Assembly: GCF_963921235.1 (NCBI RefSeq)
Contig: NC_086108.1
Coordinates: 25,792,001-25,856,000, forward strand
DNA length: 64,000 bases
Direction: 5' to 3'
Origin: Mobula hypostoma
Lineage: Eukaryota
How positions within the stretch are numbered: the first letter of the stretch is position 1; every line of letters begins with the position of its first letter. Shown one piece after another: positions 62,366 to 64,000 of this stretch. Under the pieces are notes generated by a model. That model was not told where the DNA came from, ran no database searches, and saw only the letters and a list, made by a program, of their open reading frames with translations. The position numbers and the translations under genes are program-made.

Positions 62366-62774
62366 TATAATTCTAATATCCATCATTTAACATTGTGAGA
62401 TACAGATATTTAATACCAAAATATCCTAGCAATCTGATAAGTATTTAATAGAACTGGGCACATTGACCAAAACAGATCAACCAACTTGTAATTCATTTCT
62501 ATGAAAATTTGACCATCCATTCTTTTGACAGAACCTGATGACTTGCCAACCATAATTTCACTTCAGTTAGCATTTTTATCTTTGTAAAATATCTGTATTT
62601 GTGAACTCAATGCAGATAAACACTCGGCTCTCTAGGTATGGCTCCTCGTTCGACCTTGCAGTGGTCAAGATGCCATTGTGACTAGACTGCTGAATGCTGA
62701 GTACTTTCAGGAAATCATGGGTTCTAACACTGAAACTATGCCAGTTGTAAAGGTGACTCACACAGTAGGTATCA

Positions 62775-63285
62775 ACATGGCCAGTTTGAGCTTTGACTGC
62801 CATGGCCCACACACTCCTGTTTTGGGTCAAGTGGATCAATTCATTGGTATTCATTTCCAGTTCTCTGGCTGCTGTCTCCATCATCATTTGTCTTTGTCTT
62901 CCTCTTGCTTTCTTCCCTTCAATCGTTCCCATAATTACCGTGCATTTTTCTTTCCTAATCACATGTTCAATGAAGTTACGTTGCCTTTTCATGATCTCAT
63001 ACATTATTTCTCTTTTTGTATTTGCTCTGTTCATGACATCCTTGTTAGATATTCATTTCATCCATAATATTCTTTGCATCCTCCTCAAAAACCACATCTC
63101 TGCTGCTTCAATTCATTTCCTCATGTTACTAGATACTGTCAAACATTCTGAGCCATATAACATAACTGGATAAACGTAACATTTCAGTACTCTGAGGCGG
63201 GTTGTCATGCCTAGTTTAGTATTGGTCAGTATACTCTTCATTCTCGTAAAGATGTCTTTTGTTATCCCTATTCTTCTTTTGACAA
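62775..63285 (-). mobile_element. RTE-clade (BovB-like) LINE 3' fragment
   Basis: HVIRKE...IMGTIEGKKARGRQR...RSVW, the typical RTE ORF C-terminus. Confidence 0.8.
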
Positions 63286-63605
63286 ATGGCCTTTCATTGC
63301 TAAAAACAATAACATATTGACAACCATACTGTTAATAATAAAAAACTTCAGTGCATAAGTCACTCAGTCTCTGAACTTTGGTTCAAATAACCCTTACCAT
63401 ATGTGGCTAATTATAATTTTTAGAACCACCGATCTCAAAATTCCCTCTTTCTTGCAATGATTACTTTAGAACCTCAACTCACTGATTTCAATCCTCTAGT
63501 AAAATCAGTGCAAAGAATAAAACTCTAATAATATTTTTGCATGTTCATTAAAGATATCACAGCCAACTGACAACGATTTAAAATTTTAAAAAAAAGGAAG
63601 CTGAC

Positions 63606-63793
63606 CATCACAGAAATGTGAAGGATTCGGAGTTCTTCCTCAGCAGAGTCTGATTCTGAGTAGATAGTTGGGATCAGGCCTGGTAAGCGATGAGCGATAT
63701 TTTGATGGTGAACATGGAAAAGCAAGGTCCCATTTTCCAGCCATTGTTGCCTCCAGCGAACATGGGGGATCTCGTCGGCATAGCCAGATATCT
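63606..63793 (-). CDS. ASTN1: Astrotactin-1 internal coding exon (exon 2 equivalent), 188 nt
   Basis: Polypyrimidine tract plus acceptor (ttttttttttgcttgcAG, AG at 63795-63794) and donor ATG|GTcagc (GT at 63605-63604). Translation (E)[30 protein letters not shown]...[14 protein letters not shown] matches the recalled vertebrate ASTN1 sequence ([28 protein letters not shown]...[14 protein letters not shown]) better than ASTN2. Confidence 0.93.
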
Positions 63794-64000
63794 CTGCAAG
63801 CAAAAAAAAAACAAAGATATTGATTGAGAATTTCATTGAAGAAAGTGGAAAGCCCAAAGCATGTTGAAAGCAATTTCAAATTTAATAATATAACAACACT
63901 TCAGCAAATGCAATAATATGTAATCTTTCCCCTGTACTCATGGTAACTTATTTATTGATTCAAACAAAAGAGAAGCTGGAAGCATCCCTGAACTTCAATT

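Noticed and set aside
1..63605. Orientation bias of retroelements relative to ASTN1
   Set aside because: Large elements occur on both strands and the numbers are too small to claim a bias.

Overview
Vertebrate nuclear DNA. The repeat landscape (CR1, Neptune-type Penelope-like elements, Rex1/L2, V-SINE-like SINEs, Tc1) suggests a cartilaginous fish, possibly a ray; this is inference only. The one clear host-gene exon is a 188-nt minus-strand coding exon at 63606-63793 that matches astrotactin-1 (ASTN1) exon 2. The next exon is not visible, so 1-63605 appears to be part of one very large ASTN1 intron. That intron holds a near-complete CR1 LINE, a near-complete Neptune Penelope-like element (PLE) with a target-site duplication (TSD), a decayed Tc1, Rex1, Hero and RTE fragments, Harbinger/hAT/Tigger MITEs, SINEs and a processed GTPBP10 pseudogene. 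The most notable signals are: (1) minimal hammerhead-ribozyme motifs in the PLE termini, the best ones sense to the ASTN1 pre-mRNA; (2) recurrent PLE fold-back insertions whose breakpoints cluster at that ribozyme; (3) a PLE stop-loss variant shared by two copies; (4) a GTPBP10 retrocopy inserted into a Rex1 tail; (5) a minisatellite seeded by CR1 ORF1; (6) an unexplained imperfect palindrome near the ASTN1 exon. I found no evidence for a wholly new multi-gene system. Boundaries of decayed repeats are approximate, and family assignments come from motif recognition without database searches.
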